The notes under the pieces are model-generated. The model saw only the letters and a list, made by a program, of their open reading frames with translations. It was not told the DNA's origin and did no database searches. DNA of 64,000 nucleotides, taken from IMG/VR virus record IMGVR_UViG_2841517901_000005, positions 2,063 through 66,062 of that record, one strand, 5' to 3'. Source of the DNA: a virus (taxonomy: Duplodnaviria > Caudoviricetes). This document shows positions 1 through 8,888 of this stretch, in pieces. How positions within the stretch are numbered: the first letter of the stretch is position 1; each line of letters starts with the position of its first letter. A program made the position numbers and the translations under genes.

Positions 1-397
1 CATCGCCTCCCACCGTGTGGACCGGGATACCGGCGGCGCTGTCGAGCGGAGCCCAAAGGTCCCTCAAGTAAGCAAGCCTCGGCTTCAGAAAGGTGATTAC
101 CGATGGCTCGTCAGCGCGGCAGACTGAGATTTCATGACATGCAAATATGCCCTTGCGCTGCATGATAAAAAACATCAGCAGCCGCCCATTTCGGTAATAG
201 TCATCGCCATTATATTCGCCAGCTCCCCAATCGTCGCCTTCGTACCAGTCCCACCTAAATACTAAGTTATAATCTAAATCACTGTTACCAAATTCTTCAA
301 CAAAACTGGACCACATATCCCATTTCGTATGCGGATCTCGGCTGTAAAAGTTGCTCTCAGAGCAGTAATAAGAGTGATTAGCTTCCCAGAGACGCAT
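1..397 (-). CDS. Phage hypothetical protein, runs off the left edge (not in the ORF track)
   Basis: Manual translation MRLWEANHSYYCSESNFYSRD...DLDYNLVFRWDWYEGDD...LWAPLDSAAGIPV, open to position 1; starts just after the stop of the 401-883 gene; lower GC. Confidence 0.75.
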   Translation of the reverse strand, partial: MRLWEANHSYYCSESNFYSRDPHTKWDMWSSFVEEFGNSDLDYNLVFRWDWYEGDDWGAGEYNGDDYYRNGRLLMFFIMQRKGIFACHEISVCRADEPSVITFLKPRLAYLRDLWAPLDSAAGIPVHTVGGD

Positions 398-400
398 GGA

Positions 401-883
401 TCAGTTCTCCGATATTTCGTTGACAGGGATACCGGCGGCGCGGGCGCTGGAGGGTTGCCCCTCCCCTGTCTGCTGGGTCGGGGCGGGGGAATGGGAAGCC
501 TCCGCCGCGAATAGGGCTGCGCGGTTCGGCCGATCAGGGCCGGGCGGGATCCAGCCGTCACGCCGAGCCTTGCCGAACCGAACGGCCTGCCGGATCAATT
601 CGTCACGGCAGGCGCTGGTGGAGATCAGCCCGCACACCTCCCGCATGTGCGGCCAAGCACGGCGGATGTCGGCCGCCGTGACGGTGTTCAGGAACACCAT
701 TCGCCGGCCGCCCTCGCGGCGGGTGAAGGCGATGCCTCGCCGGCTTGTGGGATCGTCGAGGCTGGCATCGGCCGTGCTCGGGTTGTGGAGCATCCACCCG
801 ATGATCGGCTCGCCATTGAGGAAGCCCATGTCTCGGTCGAGCCGGTAGCGGTAGAGACCGCAGGTGGAGATGATCGCGGTCAT
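401..883 (-). CDS. DUF1643-like phage protein (N-terminal half, divergent C-terminus)
   Basis: ISTCGLYRYRL...MLHNPSTADASLDDPT matches the DUF1643 start; the similarity is lost after ~66 aa. Confidence 0.65.
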   Translation of the reverse strand: MTAIISTCGLYRYRLDRDMGFLNGEPIIGWMLHNPSTADASLDDPTSRRGIAFTRREGGRRMVFLNTVTAADIRRAWPHMREVCGLISTSACRDELIRQAVRFGKARRDGWIPPGPDRPNRAALFAAEASHSPAPTQQTGEGQPSSARAAGIPVNEISEN

Positions 884-2193
884 GACTGGACCTCGCTCAT
901 CCCCTCATGGGAGGGACGGGGAGAAGCGGAAAGTCCCTCAGCGATAAGAGCATCATGCGAGGGGCCGACAAGCGCGTCGGGGTCGCCGCCGAACCGGCGG
1001 ATTGCCTGTCGCCACGTGTCATCCAGAGCGCGCCGGTGGACATTCCGGACGGGCCTGTTGGCGACCTCGGCATTCCAGCGAGAAACGGCCCATTCGAGGT
1101 GGGCGGCATCCCTGCCGGTCGCCTCGCCATTGCTGTTCGTATCATGGACCTGCTGCGGGTCGCGCCCTACTGTACCCCCCTGAGGAGAGGGGGTGGACTG
1201 GAGGTGATCGAAGTACGCCTCCATGGCCGTCATGAGTTGCGGCGCAGTGCAGGCGACATCCGGGTTGATCACGCCAAGGCGCACACTGGCGCCGTGCAGG
1301 AATTCAAACAGGCAGTTCCGCTGATGCTCGGCTACGTCCCGCGCCTTGATCAGCCCCTCTATCTCAGAGGAGGGGTCAGCTTGGGGCACGTCTTGGGGCG
1401 CCCCGACTTCGTCGGCGGGCTGTCGGACTTCGTCCCGAGCCGCTGACGCGTCTCGGCCTTCGGCTTCCATCCCTGGCGCGTTGCACGTGCACGACCCGGA
1501 GGGCGATGCCGGCCCAGCATGAACAGCGCAATCCGAGGCGTGAGCAACGTCAGATGTGCACGCTCCACATTGGCATTGATCATCACGAGGCGCGTCATGA
1601 TTTCTGGCACGGTCAGCAATGTTCTTGATTGCCGCCAGCGCCTCCTCTGCGGTCATGTCGCCCCGGTTCGTGACGTACTGGCTGCTGATCGTCTCTAAGG
1701 CCGCCTGCATGGTCGCGATGCGAAGCGCCTGATTGGCGATGGTGACCACGTCCTCGGGGTCCCTGCCTTCAAGGCGAAGCCGCGCGTCCAGCTCGTCCCC
1801 CGGCATGGCGAGGATGCGTTCGATTTCGGCCTCTTCCGAGTGTGCTGCCACGATCTGCGGCCACGCATTCAGGACGCCGGCCAGAAAATCGAACACGGCA
1901 TCGTCGCAGCCCGCCCGCTGGCCCGGGATGCTTCGACAGAGCCGGAACGGCCAGTGATGTTTGTTTGTCGGGTCGGTATCGATCTGCCGGATTTCGTGCC
2001 CGTCCGTGTCCCGGCGCGCGTCCCACGGGCCGGACGGGATCCGCTCGAACAGGGCGTTGAGGCTGTCGAAGTCCACCTCCCCGCGCGAGGGATCGCAGTC
2101 CCGCAGGGATGAAGACGCGCCAGCGGCTTCACCTTCGGCAAGAGCCCGGTCTTCGGCAGAAGACGCGCCATGATTGTTCTTGATCTCGCCCAT
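880..2193 (-). CDS. Mosaic phage accessory protein
   Basis: 437-aa ORF coupled to its neighbours; several unrelated-looking segments joined by low-complexity linkers. Confidence 0.6.
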   Translation of the reverse strand: MGEIKNNHGASSAEDRALAEGEAAGASSSLRDCDPSRGEVDFDSLNALFERIPSGPWDARRDTDGHEIRQIDTDPTNKHHWPFRLCRSIPGQRAGCDDAVFDFLAGVLNAWPQIVAAHSEEAEIERILAMPGDELDARLRLEGRDPEDVVTIANQALRIATMQAALETISSQYVTNRGDMTAEEALAAIKNIADRARNHDAPRDDQCQCGACTSDVAHASDCAVHAGPASPSGSCTCNAPGMEAEGRDASAARDEVRQPADEVGAPQDVPQADPSSEIEGLIKARDVAEHQRNCLFEFLHGASVRLGVINPDVACTAPQLMTAMEAYFDHLQSTPSPQGGTVGRDPQQVHDTNSNGEATGRDAAHLEWAVSRWNAEVANRPVRNVHRRALDDTWRQAIRRFGGDPDALVGPSHDALIAEGLSASPRPSHEGMSEVQS

Positions 2194-2196
2194 GGC

Positions 2197-2934
2197 TCAG
2201 GCCTCCCGGGTCGGCAGGGTGGAGAGGATGGCGCGAACGTTGGTCTTTGCTGCGTCCTTGACCCAGCCTTCATCAATCGAACTGCCGCAAGTCAGCAGGT
2301 TTAGGGCTGACACAGATAGCCTGAAGCCGTTCATGAATGCTTCGGAAAGAGCATTCTCAACACGGATTGAAGGCGCCGCCGGGGCTGCTACAGCCCCCTC
2401 CTTCAGCATGTTGCGGCGGGCCTGGGGGGCGCACTGGACATCCTCGTGGTAGTCCGCTCTACCGTCCGCGACCTTTTGCGCAAAATTGGGACATTGGATC
2501 GCGTTGAGCTTGCGCACATCCTCCCGCGCCGCCTTCAGAAGCTCCTCTTCCGTCCACTCCCGCGGCACCACCACATGCCCGCGCTCAAGGGCGAGGCGGA
2601 GGGTTCGGACGCAGTTGATGATAGGCCCGGCTTCGTCCTCGCCGCCGGCGCGAGTCGACGCCGCCAGCGACAGAGACCCGCGATCTTCGTAGTGTAGAGC
2701 GACAGCCTCCCGCGCTACCTCGACCATCCAGGCGGGAGGGGCTGGGGGCTTCTGCTGTTCATCGATCATTTTACGAGCGCCATCCCAAGCCAATGCCTCA
2801 GTGGTGGCGCCTCCTTGCATTCGGCTGAACTTGTTCCCGTCCTGCCAAGCGACCCACGCCCAGCTTTCGCCTTGCGGAAACACAGCCGCATTCCAGCACG
2901 CGGGCAGCGTTGCGCCCTGATTGTTCTCGCTCAT
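2197..2934 (-). CDS. Phage hypothetical protein
   Basis: 245-aa ORF in the leftward operon, ATGA overlap with the upstream gene. Confidence 0.65.
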   Translation of the reverse strand: MSENNQGATLPACWNAAVFPQGESWAWVAWQDGNKFSRMQGGATTEALAWDGARKMIDEQQKPPAPPAWMVEVAREAVALHYEDRGSLSLAASTRAGGEDEAGPIINCVRTLRLALERGHVVVPREWTEEELLKAAREDVRKLNAIQCPNFAQKVADGRADYHEDVQCAPQARRNMLKEGAVAAPAAPSIRVENALSEAFMNGFRLSVSALNLLTCGSSIDEGWVKDAAKTNVRAILSTLPTREA

Positions 2935-3140
2935 GATTGGGCCTCATGGTGTCGGGCAGGGGAAGAAAGCAGCTCATGCACGGCGACCAGCGCGTCGTAA
3001 TCGCCCTCAGCCACCTCGTAGGTGTTCCAGGCGTACCCGCAGTCCGTGCAGCGACGGCGGCGCTTGACCGTCTCGTCGGTCGATCGGCTATCGATGACCC
3101 GTGTCTCAGGCCATTTGCAATGACGGCAGATGACCATCAC
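2931..3140 (-). CDS. NrdR-like zinc-ribbon protein lacking the ATP cone
   Basis: CxxC...TRVIDSR...VKRRRRCxxC...TYE, the NrdR N-terminal signature; only 69 aa. Confidence 0.8.
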   Translation of the reverse strand: MMVICRHCKWPETRVIDSRSTDETVKRRRRCTDCGYAWNTYEVAEGDYDALVAVHELLSSPARHHEAQS

Positions 3141-3526
3141 GCAGCCCTCACCGGCTGCAGCTCTCCCCCGACAGTCAGCCGTCCCTCAGGAGTGTAGGTG
3201 TAGGGCTTGCCGAGGATGCTCGGCAGCGTGACGGCCTTGACGTATCGGCTGTGCGGCTGTCCTGCGCCCGGGACCTCTTCGATCAGCGTGGCAATCGTCT
3301 TCGGGTCGCCGATAACGGTGATGCGGGCCTTCGCCTCCCGCCCGCGCTTCGCTACCTGGATCGCTACGCCAGTTCCCTCAAGCGCTTGGCGGATTTCCGT
3401 GACCGTGCCGTGCAGGCTGCGCTCTGGTCGGCCGAGCAGAGCGGCAAGGCTCGGGTAGTTGTGCGGCTCCTTGGCCTGCACGAGGATCCTGAGCACGTTC
3501 TGCAGTGCAGGCGTGAGGGCGGCCAT
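3137..3526 (-). CDS. Putative winged-HTH protein (paralogue of 6808-7227)
   Basis: ALTPALQNVLRIL...LAALLGRPERSL; shared C-terminus LPSI.G..Y.YT.EGRL.V.G..QP.R.A. Confidence 0.65.
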   Translation of the reverse strand: MAALTPALQNVLRILVQAKEPHNYPSLAALLGRPERSLHGTVTEIRQALEGTGVAIQVAKRGREAKARITVIGDPKTIATLIEEVPGAGQPHSRYVKAVTLPSILGKPYTYTPEGRLTVGGELQPVRAA

Positions 3527-3939
3527 CAGGCGTTCTCCGATCGGAAGAGGCCCCTACGGGGCGGGAGGGCTTTTTCGAGGGGCTTGGTGGCCCTGCGTGC
3601 TGGATTGGCGCCTGGGAGGCTCTGGCCGCCCTGGATGGGCTTGCTGGCGCTCCTGATGCCCAGGTGGGCCATCTTCTGTCTCTTGGCCTTGGCAGCCTTC
3701 GCTAGGTCGCCTTCAGGTCCGTAGGTCTTGGCGTCGGCGCAAGCCTTGTGGACAGGAGCCCTATTGGCTTCCTCGTTGCCGCCGCCCAAACTCAAGGCCC
3801 GGAGGTGTTCGTCTACCCAAGGCTCTCCGGCCTCGATCTTCCGAGAACAAAGCTGGCATACGCCGGAGAACCGCTCGAACAGCTTGAGGCGCTGTGTCGG
3901 GGTGAGCGGCTTGCGGGCGGTGGTGCCGACATCGGTCAT
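3526..3939 (-). CDS. HNH endonuclease
   Basis: CQLC...DEHLRALSLGGGNEEANRAPVHKAC; start reassigned to MTDVGTT. Confidence 0.8.
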   Translation of the reverse strand: MTDVGTTARKPLTPTQRLKLFERFSGVCQLCSRKIEAGEPWVDEHLRALSLGGGNEEANRAPVHKACADAKTYGPEGDLAKAAKAKRQKMAHLGIRSASKPIQGGQSLPGANPARRATKPLEKALPPRRGLFRSENA

Positions 3940-4760
3940 GCCAGCCCTCCCGCCTGCTGCTCCGGCAGGCTGTCGATGTTGGCGAGGATGACGCGGAAGC
4001 TGATGGCGGCGACCCAAGGGTTCACCTTCCACGAGCCGCGCCCATGCAGGCTTTCCCAGAGATCGGCGTAGACGCACTGCGGCATGTCCCAGCCGTCCTG
4101 GGCGTACCCGCGCTCACCGTCCCGGCCCTGCGGCCACTCGTTTGCCGCCATCGGCTGCTTTAGTGGAACGACCTCGCCGTTGCGCCCAAGCGTTACGTCG
4201 AGCTTTTCTAATCCCTCAGCGAAACAGTCGTCATCGCTGATGTCCTGAAGCCGCTGAACGCGGACCTCGGTCACCGTGAGGGTGAGGCGGGAGGCCCAGC
4301 GGGGCATGTGGATCGAGGGGCGATCGCGGATGCCCAGCCGCTCGTCCGTCGCGGCGTAGCGGATCCCGCACCAGCCGGGCTTGCCGGTCGGGTTGATCCG
4401 GCTCGGCGGTACGCCGTCGTAGATGTTGCCGACGGCCCAGGTCTCGCGGACCCAGAGCCGATCGCCGGCTTCGATGACCGGGTCGACGCGATAGACCGCG
4501 TCCGCCGCCATACCCCGCGCCTCGTCGGCCGGATGGACGAACGGCACGGCCAGATGCGGGCGGGGCACGCCAGTCGGCGACGTCGTGCGCACCTCGGCGC
4601 GGTCGAACTTCAGGCCGACCCACGCCGGGCTCTTGGCGGTGACGCGGTTGCCGAGCACGGTGCACGTGCCGGGCGTGATCAGCCGCCGCGTCTGCGTCTT
4701 GGTGCCGGCGAGCAGGGCGCGGACCATGGGACCGCTGAAGATGATGGGGCGGTCAGCCAT
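3936..4760 (-). CDS. Conserved phage protein, ASCH/PUA-like
   Basis: RPIIFSGPMVRALLAGTKTQTRR, GDRLWVRETW, PSIHMPRWASR, W..NPWV motifs. Confidence 0.8.
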   Translation of the reverse strand: MADRPIIFSGPMVRALLAGTKTQTRRLITPGTCTVLGNRVTAKSPAWVGLKFDRAEVRTTSPTGVPRPHLAVPFVHPADEARGMAADAVYRVDPVIEAGDRLWVRETWAVGNIYDGVPPSRINPTGKPGWCGIRYAATDERLGIRDRPSIHMPRWASRLTLTVTEVRVQRLQDISDDDCFAEGLEKLDVTLGRNGEVVPLKQPMAANEWPQGRDGERGYAQDGWDMPQCVYADLWESLHGRGSWKVNPWVAAISFRVILANIDSLPEQQAGGLA

Positions 4761-5023
4761 CAGCGTCCGCCCCCGCTCGTCGCTTCGGTCGGCCGCTCGC
4801 CGCGCTCGGCCAGCAGTTCCAGATCCGGGATCAGCTCCGCCTTGATCTCCGCCCGGGCGTAGGACCAGCCCGGCAGGAGGTCATGCTGGTACTGGCCGTT
4901 GACCCGGCAGAAGCCCGGGACGCCGGACCACCGCTCGATCCACACGCCGCGCCGCGGGCGGCTCATGTCGATGTGCACCACGGTGCGCTCATCGAGGTCG
5001 GCGGCCGGCGCATCGACCTGCAC
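4760..5023 (-). CDS. Phage hypothetical protein, 5' end possibly disrupted
   Basis: Protein-like C-terminus coupled to the next gene; frame open upstream to a TAG near 5132 with no clear RBS. Confidence 0.45.
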   Translation of the reverse strand: MQVDAPAADLDERTVVHIDMSRPRRGVWIERWSGVPGFCRVNGQYQHDLLPGWSYARAEIKAELIPDLELLAERGERPTEATSGGGR

Positions 5024-5196
5024 CGCGTCGCCGACCTCCTGGAGCAGCGCCCGGACCTCGTTCAGGCGGTGGTGGCTGTCGAGCCGCCGGCGCGGCCGCG
5101 CGGGGTGCCGGAGGTGCGGCCGAGGCAGAGCCTAGCCCGGGCGCTGACGAGCGGGTTGCGGGCGGGGTTGGGGCCGGTGGCGACCATGAGGAGGGC

Positions 5197-5484
5197 GTGA
5201 TGTTCGGATGGCTCAAGCGCCGCCGCGAGGAGCGGGCGCGCCGGAAGGCGATGGAGGACCGCCGCCGCGAGTACCAGCGGCGGGCATACGGGCCGCAGAG
5301 CGCATCGCTCCCCGGCGATTCCCTCGACACCCTCAGCCCGCTGCACTCGCTGTCGCCGCTCTACGGCGGTCACGCGGCGCCCGACACGTCGGTGAGCCAC
5401 GGCCATGACGGCGGGTCCTGCTCGTCGGATAGCGGCTCGTCCTCGTCCAGCGATGGTGGGTCGTCGGGAGGTGGCTGTGATTGA
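5197..5484 (+). CDS. Small Arg-rich, Ser/Gly/Asp-tailed phage protein in an inverted segment
   Basis: GAGGAGG RBS before GTGATG; tail DGGSCSSDSGSSSSSDGGSSGGGCD. Confidence 0.7.
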   Translation: MMFGWLKRRREERARRKAMEDRRREYQRRAYGPQSASLPGDSLDTLSPLHSLSPLYGGHAAPDTSVSHGHDGGSCSSDSGSSSSSDGGSSGGGCD

Positions 5485-5570
5485 GCGGCCGGCGAGCGCC
5501 CACGGCACGGGCGGGATGAGCCTCGCCCAGGCGAGGGAGTCGGGGCAGGTCGATGCGGAGGGCTCGCGCC

Positions 5571-5756
5571 GTGGCTGACCGCGCCCCGAAACCTCTCCCA
5601 CCCCCGACCATGCAGGAGCGCGCCGCCGCGGCGAACGCCGCCCGGGCCCTGCGCGCCGTCATCGCCGACCACACCCGACTCGGAGAACCGGGGCGGTGCG
5701 CTGACGGGCGGGCCAGACCGCTCGTCAGCGAGGAATCGCCCGACATCCGCGACTAG
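5571..5756 (+). CDS. Phage hypothetical protein, probably truncated at an inversion junction
   Basis: GGAGG then GTG; MADRAPKPLPPPTMQERAAAANAARALRAVIADH, then degenerates. Confidence 0.45.
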   Translation: MADRAPKPLPPPTMQERAAAANAARALRAVIADHTRLGEPGRCADGRARPLVSEESPDIRD

Positions 5757-5948
5757 GCGCTCGGCGGCGCTCAAGGCCTGGACGGTTGTGTCGATGTTCG
5801 CCGCCGCCCGCGATGTCTCCGGGCAGTCGCTCGGGATCGCCATCCGCTCGGCATGACGCCGGCACCGATCCTGGTGCAGCGCCGCGGTGGTGAGGTCGCG
5901 CCCGAGGGCGCCGAGGTCGTGGTCGCGCAGGGCGTGGGCGAGGGTCAT
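5718..5948 (-). pseudogene. Phage gene whose 3' part reads through an inversion junction (ORF continues to 5370)
   Basis: Helical protein-like sequence up to FLADER, which coincides with the inverted repeat at 5718-5730. Confidence 0.45.
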
Positions 5949-6286
5949 CGTGCGACCCTCCCGGCAGCTGCGTCGACCATCAGCCGGTGCATGTAGGCCC
6001 GGCCCTCCGGCGGCATGGCGCGCACGGCCTGCACCATCTCAACCTCGTCGTCGGACATGTCGGTGAGCGGCAGTCGGGCGGTGAGATCGCGGACTGGCAC
6101 GGCGACCGCCTTGGCGATCTGCTCAAGGCGAGGCCTCGACACGGCTTGCTCGCCGAGCTCGTATTGCGAGATGGTGATCGCGGCGACGCCGAGGACGTCT
6201 GCCAGCTCGCGGATCGTGATGCCACGCTTCTTGCGGGCCAGCCTGATCCTGGCTCCGATCATGCGGTTGCGCACGGTGCTGCTCAT
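5945..6286 (-). CDS. XRE-family HTH regulator
   Basis: IGARIRLARKKRGITIRELADVLGVAAITISQYELG. Confidence 0.9.
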   Translation of the reverse strand: MSSTVRNRMIGARIRLARKKRGITIRELADVLGVAAITISQYELGEQAVSRPRLEQIAKAVAVPVRDLTARLPLTDMSDDEVEMVQAVRAMPPEGRAYMHRLMVDAAAGRVAR

Positions 6287-6295
6287 GGCGGCTCC

Positions 6296-6811
6296 TCAGA
6301 TTGCGGCGATGCTGTCACGCGGTGTCGGGGCAGAGGGCCGGCGCTCGACCGCATCGCGGCGCCGGGCCCATTCACGGATCTGCGGGTAGTCGACGCCGGC
6401 CAGCGCTTCGGCGGCTGCGGCGCACCGGGTCATGTCGAACATGCCGACGTGGCAATCCTGCTCGGAGATGCCGAGGCGATCGGCCAGGAACTCGTAGACC
6501 CGCTGCCGGGCACGCTTCCGGATCTGGTGCACCACCCTCGGCGGCTTGTCCTCGTAGGCCCCGCACAGCTCCGCCTCCATCCAGAGCGGGTCGATGACAT
6601 GCGCGTGGAGATGCTGACGCTCGAACCGAAGCGCGGGGCCGGCCGGCGTGCCGAGGCTGCGCGTCGAGCCGCGGTGTGTGCCGCAGTAGCCCTTGCAGGC
6701 GTCGCAGATGTAGAAATGACGGCCGTGTAGATGGGGCTGGCGCGGATAGATCTCGGCGCCGGTGGTGAGGCGGGCTGACCGGCCGCAGCAGAGAGGATCG
6801 TCTGTGCTCAT
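6296..6811 (-). CDS. DUF3268-family zinc-finger protein
   Basis: GAEIYP..FYICDACKGYCGTH..LGTPA..IDPLW..YEFLADRLGI..CHVGMFD. Confidence 0.85.
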   Translation of the reverse strand: MSTDDPLCCGRSARLTTGAEIYPRQPHLHGRHFYICDACKGYCGTHRGSTRSLGTPAGPALRFERQHLHAHVIDPLWMEAELCGAYEDKPPRVVHQIRKRARQRVYEFLADRLGISEQDCHVGMFDMTRCAAAAEALAGVDYPQIREWARRRDAVERRPSAPTPRDSIAAI

Positions 6812-7227
6812 GCGATCCTCGCCGGCTGAACGATTCCATCGACGACGAGGCGGCCTTCCCGGGTATAGCCGTAGGAAAGTCCGCCTATGCTGGGCAGGCT
6901 GACGATGTCCACGAGTTGGGAAGCGGCCTGAACGACGGCGGGAGGCTCGCCGAGCATCCGTCTGATCTGATCGGGCTCGCCTGCCACCGAAATGCGCAGG
7001 GCCGGCTCGCCCGGATTGCGCCGGCGGTTGATCGTGATGGCCGTCCCGACCAGCGCGAGCTGTAGCGACCGGATGGCCTTCTCGACCGACTTGGGGGACC
7101 GGTCGATCTCCGTGCCGACGGACACGTAGGTGTGAACTCCGTTGGCCCGTGCCAGGACCTGGAGAACGCGGCGCTGTGCCGGCGTCAGTGCAGGGCCTGC
7201 GGCGTCGGCGGTAGGAGATTGGATCAT
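6808..7227 (-). CDS. Putative winged-HTH protein (paralogue of 3137-3526)
   Basis: ALTPAQRRVLQVL...; shared C-terminal motif. Confidence 0.65.
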   Translation of the reverse strand: MIQSPTADAAGPALTPAQRRVLQVLARANGVHTYVSVGTEIDRSPKSVEKAIRSLQLALVGTAITINRRRNPGEPALRISVAGEPDQIRRMLGEPPAVVQAASQLVDIVSLPSIGGLSYGYTREGRLVVDGIVQPARIA

Positions 7228-7652
7228 CAGCGCGGCTCCGGCGTGTAGAGGGCTCGGCGGGGTGGGAGAGCTTTGGTCAGGGGCGCCGTGGCGCGATGGG
7301 CCGGCGCCGCGCCTGGAAGCGGTCTCCCGCCATCCAGGGGCCTGCCGCTCGCCATCGGGCGTGATCGAGGATCGACGACGCCGTTGTGAGCGTCCGACTG
7401 CCGTTTGGCCTTCGCGAGCCGCGCCTTGTCCTTGTCAGTCTTCAGCTTGTGGCAGTCGGTGCAGAGCACCTGGGCGTTGGCGAGGATCGCCGGGCCGCCG
7501 AGGGCATCCATGAGGATGTGGTCGACCTGAAAGCGGCCCGGCTGTAGCTCACAGGGGCAGCGTTCGCCGGAGGGCAACAGGCCTTCGCACTGGCCGGCGG
7601 CGCGCTCGATCGCCTGGCGCTGCACCTTCTTTGTGAAGTTCGTGCGGGCCAT
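7227..7652 (-). CDS. HNH endonuclease
   Basis: CEG...C...VDHILMDALGG...NAQVLCTDCHKLKT. Confidence 0.88.
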   Translation of the reverse strand: MARTNFTKKVQRQAIERAAGQCEGLLPSGERCPCELQPGRFQVDHILMDALGGPAILANAQVLCTDCHKLKTDKDKARLAKAKRQSDAHNGVVDPRSRPMASGRPLDGGRPLPGAAPAHRATAPLTKALPPRRALYTPEPR

Positions 7653-7653
7653 C

Positions 7654-8172
7654 TCAGGCGGCCCTCCCCGCTTCACGGGACAGCGTGCCGCGAGCGGTGC
7701 CGATCAGCTCGTCGATGACGGCCAGCACTGCATCTTTCGAGCGCTGGAAATCCTCCTTGCCCATGGCGCGCATGGACTGGCTCTTCGCGGTCCAGCGAAC
7801 CACGACCCCGTCCTTCACCCGGACCACCGAGGTGTCGTCCACCGGCCGGAGGAATGCCGCGATCCGCGCCGCCTCGGCCTTCGAGGAGGCGACGAAGGTC
7901 ACTTCATCCCGGAAGCCGGCCTTGATCAGCGCCCACTTGCGGAGATGGTCGGGGGTCGGGAAGCGGTCCGCCAGGTGCTCGGGCAGGCTGGACCAGCCGT
8001 CCCGGACGCAGGCGAAGAAGTGGGCATGCGACTTGCTGCTGCGCTCCTCGTGCTCGACGAGGATGTAGCGTTCGCCGATCACGAACTGCCGGTCGCAGAG
8101 GCCGGTGAACCGGCCCGCCGGCTGCATCGTATCGCCCGTCCACGTGAACTCGACCGGCAGCAGGGCGCTCAT
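7654..8172 (-). CDS. Phage recombination-region protein (NinB/DUF1367-like)
   Basis: RSSKSHAHFFA..LRKWALIKAGF..KSQSMRAMGKEDF; lies next to the SSAP-like gene. Confidence 0.5.
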   Translation of the reverse strand: MSALLPVEFTWTGDTMQPAGRFTGLCDRQFVIGERYILVEHEERSSKSHAHFFACVRDGWSSLPEHLADRFPTPDHLRKWALIKAGFRDEVTFVASSKAEAARIAAFLRPVDDTSVVRVKDGVVVRWTAKSQSMRAMGKEDFQRSKDAVLAVIDELIGTARGTLSREAGRAA

Positions 8173-8888
8173 GACCGGCCGCCCCTGCTCTTCGGGGTCC
8201 GCGCCGGCCAGCCGAGGGCCACGAGCCGGGCCTTGGCGTGCTCGCGCACCTCGTCGCGCAGTCCTGGGGCGAGGTAGGCGAGATCCGCCTGCGTCTCAGG
8301 AGCGAGCATCAGGTCGGTGACGGCGTTTATGCTGTCGGCGGCATCGATCCGCTCGCGCAGGCGGGCCTCGACAGCCTGCGGGCTATCATCGTTCGCCGGA
8401 TCGTGCTCGCGGGGCTTGCCGGCCTCTGGCGCTGGCTTCCCGGCGTCCTGGCGCGTCTGCTGCCTAGTATCGGGTGTCGGCTTGAACTCGTCGGCCTCGT
8501 CCTCGGAATAGAGCAGCCCGTGCAGGCCGATCAGCTTGAGGATAACCCGGTCCTTGGCCCGCTTCTCCGCCATGGCGAAGACGTAGGCCGCCTGCTTGCC
8601 CGAGACGCGGTAGTTCACGCCGATCAGAGCCTCGCCGATCGACCACTCACGACGCACGCCGCCGTCGTTCGCCAGCTGCACTTCACCAGTGACAAGGATC
8701 ACGGCCTCGTCCCGCTCGGCGCGCAGGATCTGGGGCGGCCCGAAGGCGATCTGTGCCTGAGCGGCGATCCGCTCCAAGGCTTTGTGGTAGATCACCGCGG
8801 TGCCCTGCACGCGCCAGATATTGCCGGCCAAGGGCTCGCCGTAGTTTGCCAGGATCTCGGCGATTTGCTTGTCGGACTCGGCGCTCAT
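8169..8888 (-). CDS. Putative single-strand annealing protein (Rad52/Erf/RecT-like fold)
   Basis: SIGEA...AMAEKRAKDRVILKL...YSEDEADEF, linker and helical C-terminal domain. Confidence 0.55.
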   Translation of the reverse strand: MSAESDKQIAEILANYGEPLAGNIWRVQGTAVIYHKALERIAAQAQIAFGPPQILRAERDEAVILVTGEVQLANDGGVRREWSIGEALIGVNYRVSGKQAAYVFAMAEKRAKDRVILKLIGLHGLLYSEDEADEFKPTPDTRQQTRQDAGKPAPEAGKPREHDPANDDSPQAVEARLRERIDAADSINAVTDLMLAPETQADLAYLAPGLRDEVREHAKARLVALGWPARTPKSRGGRS

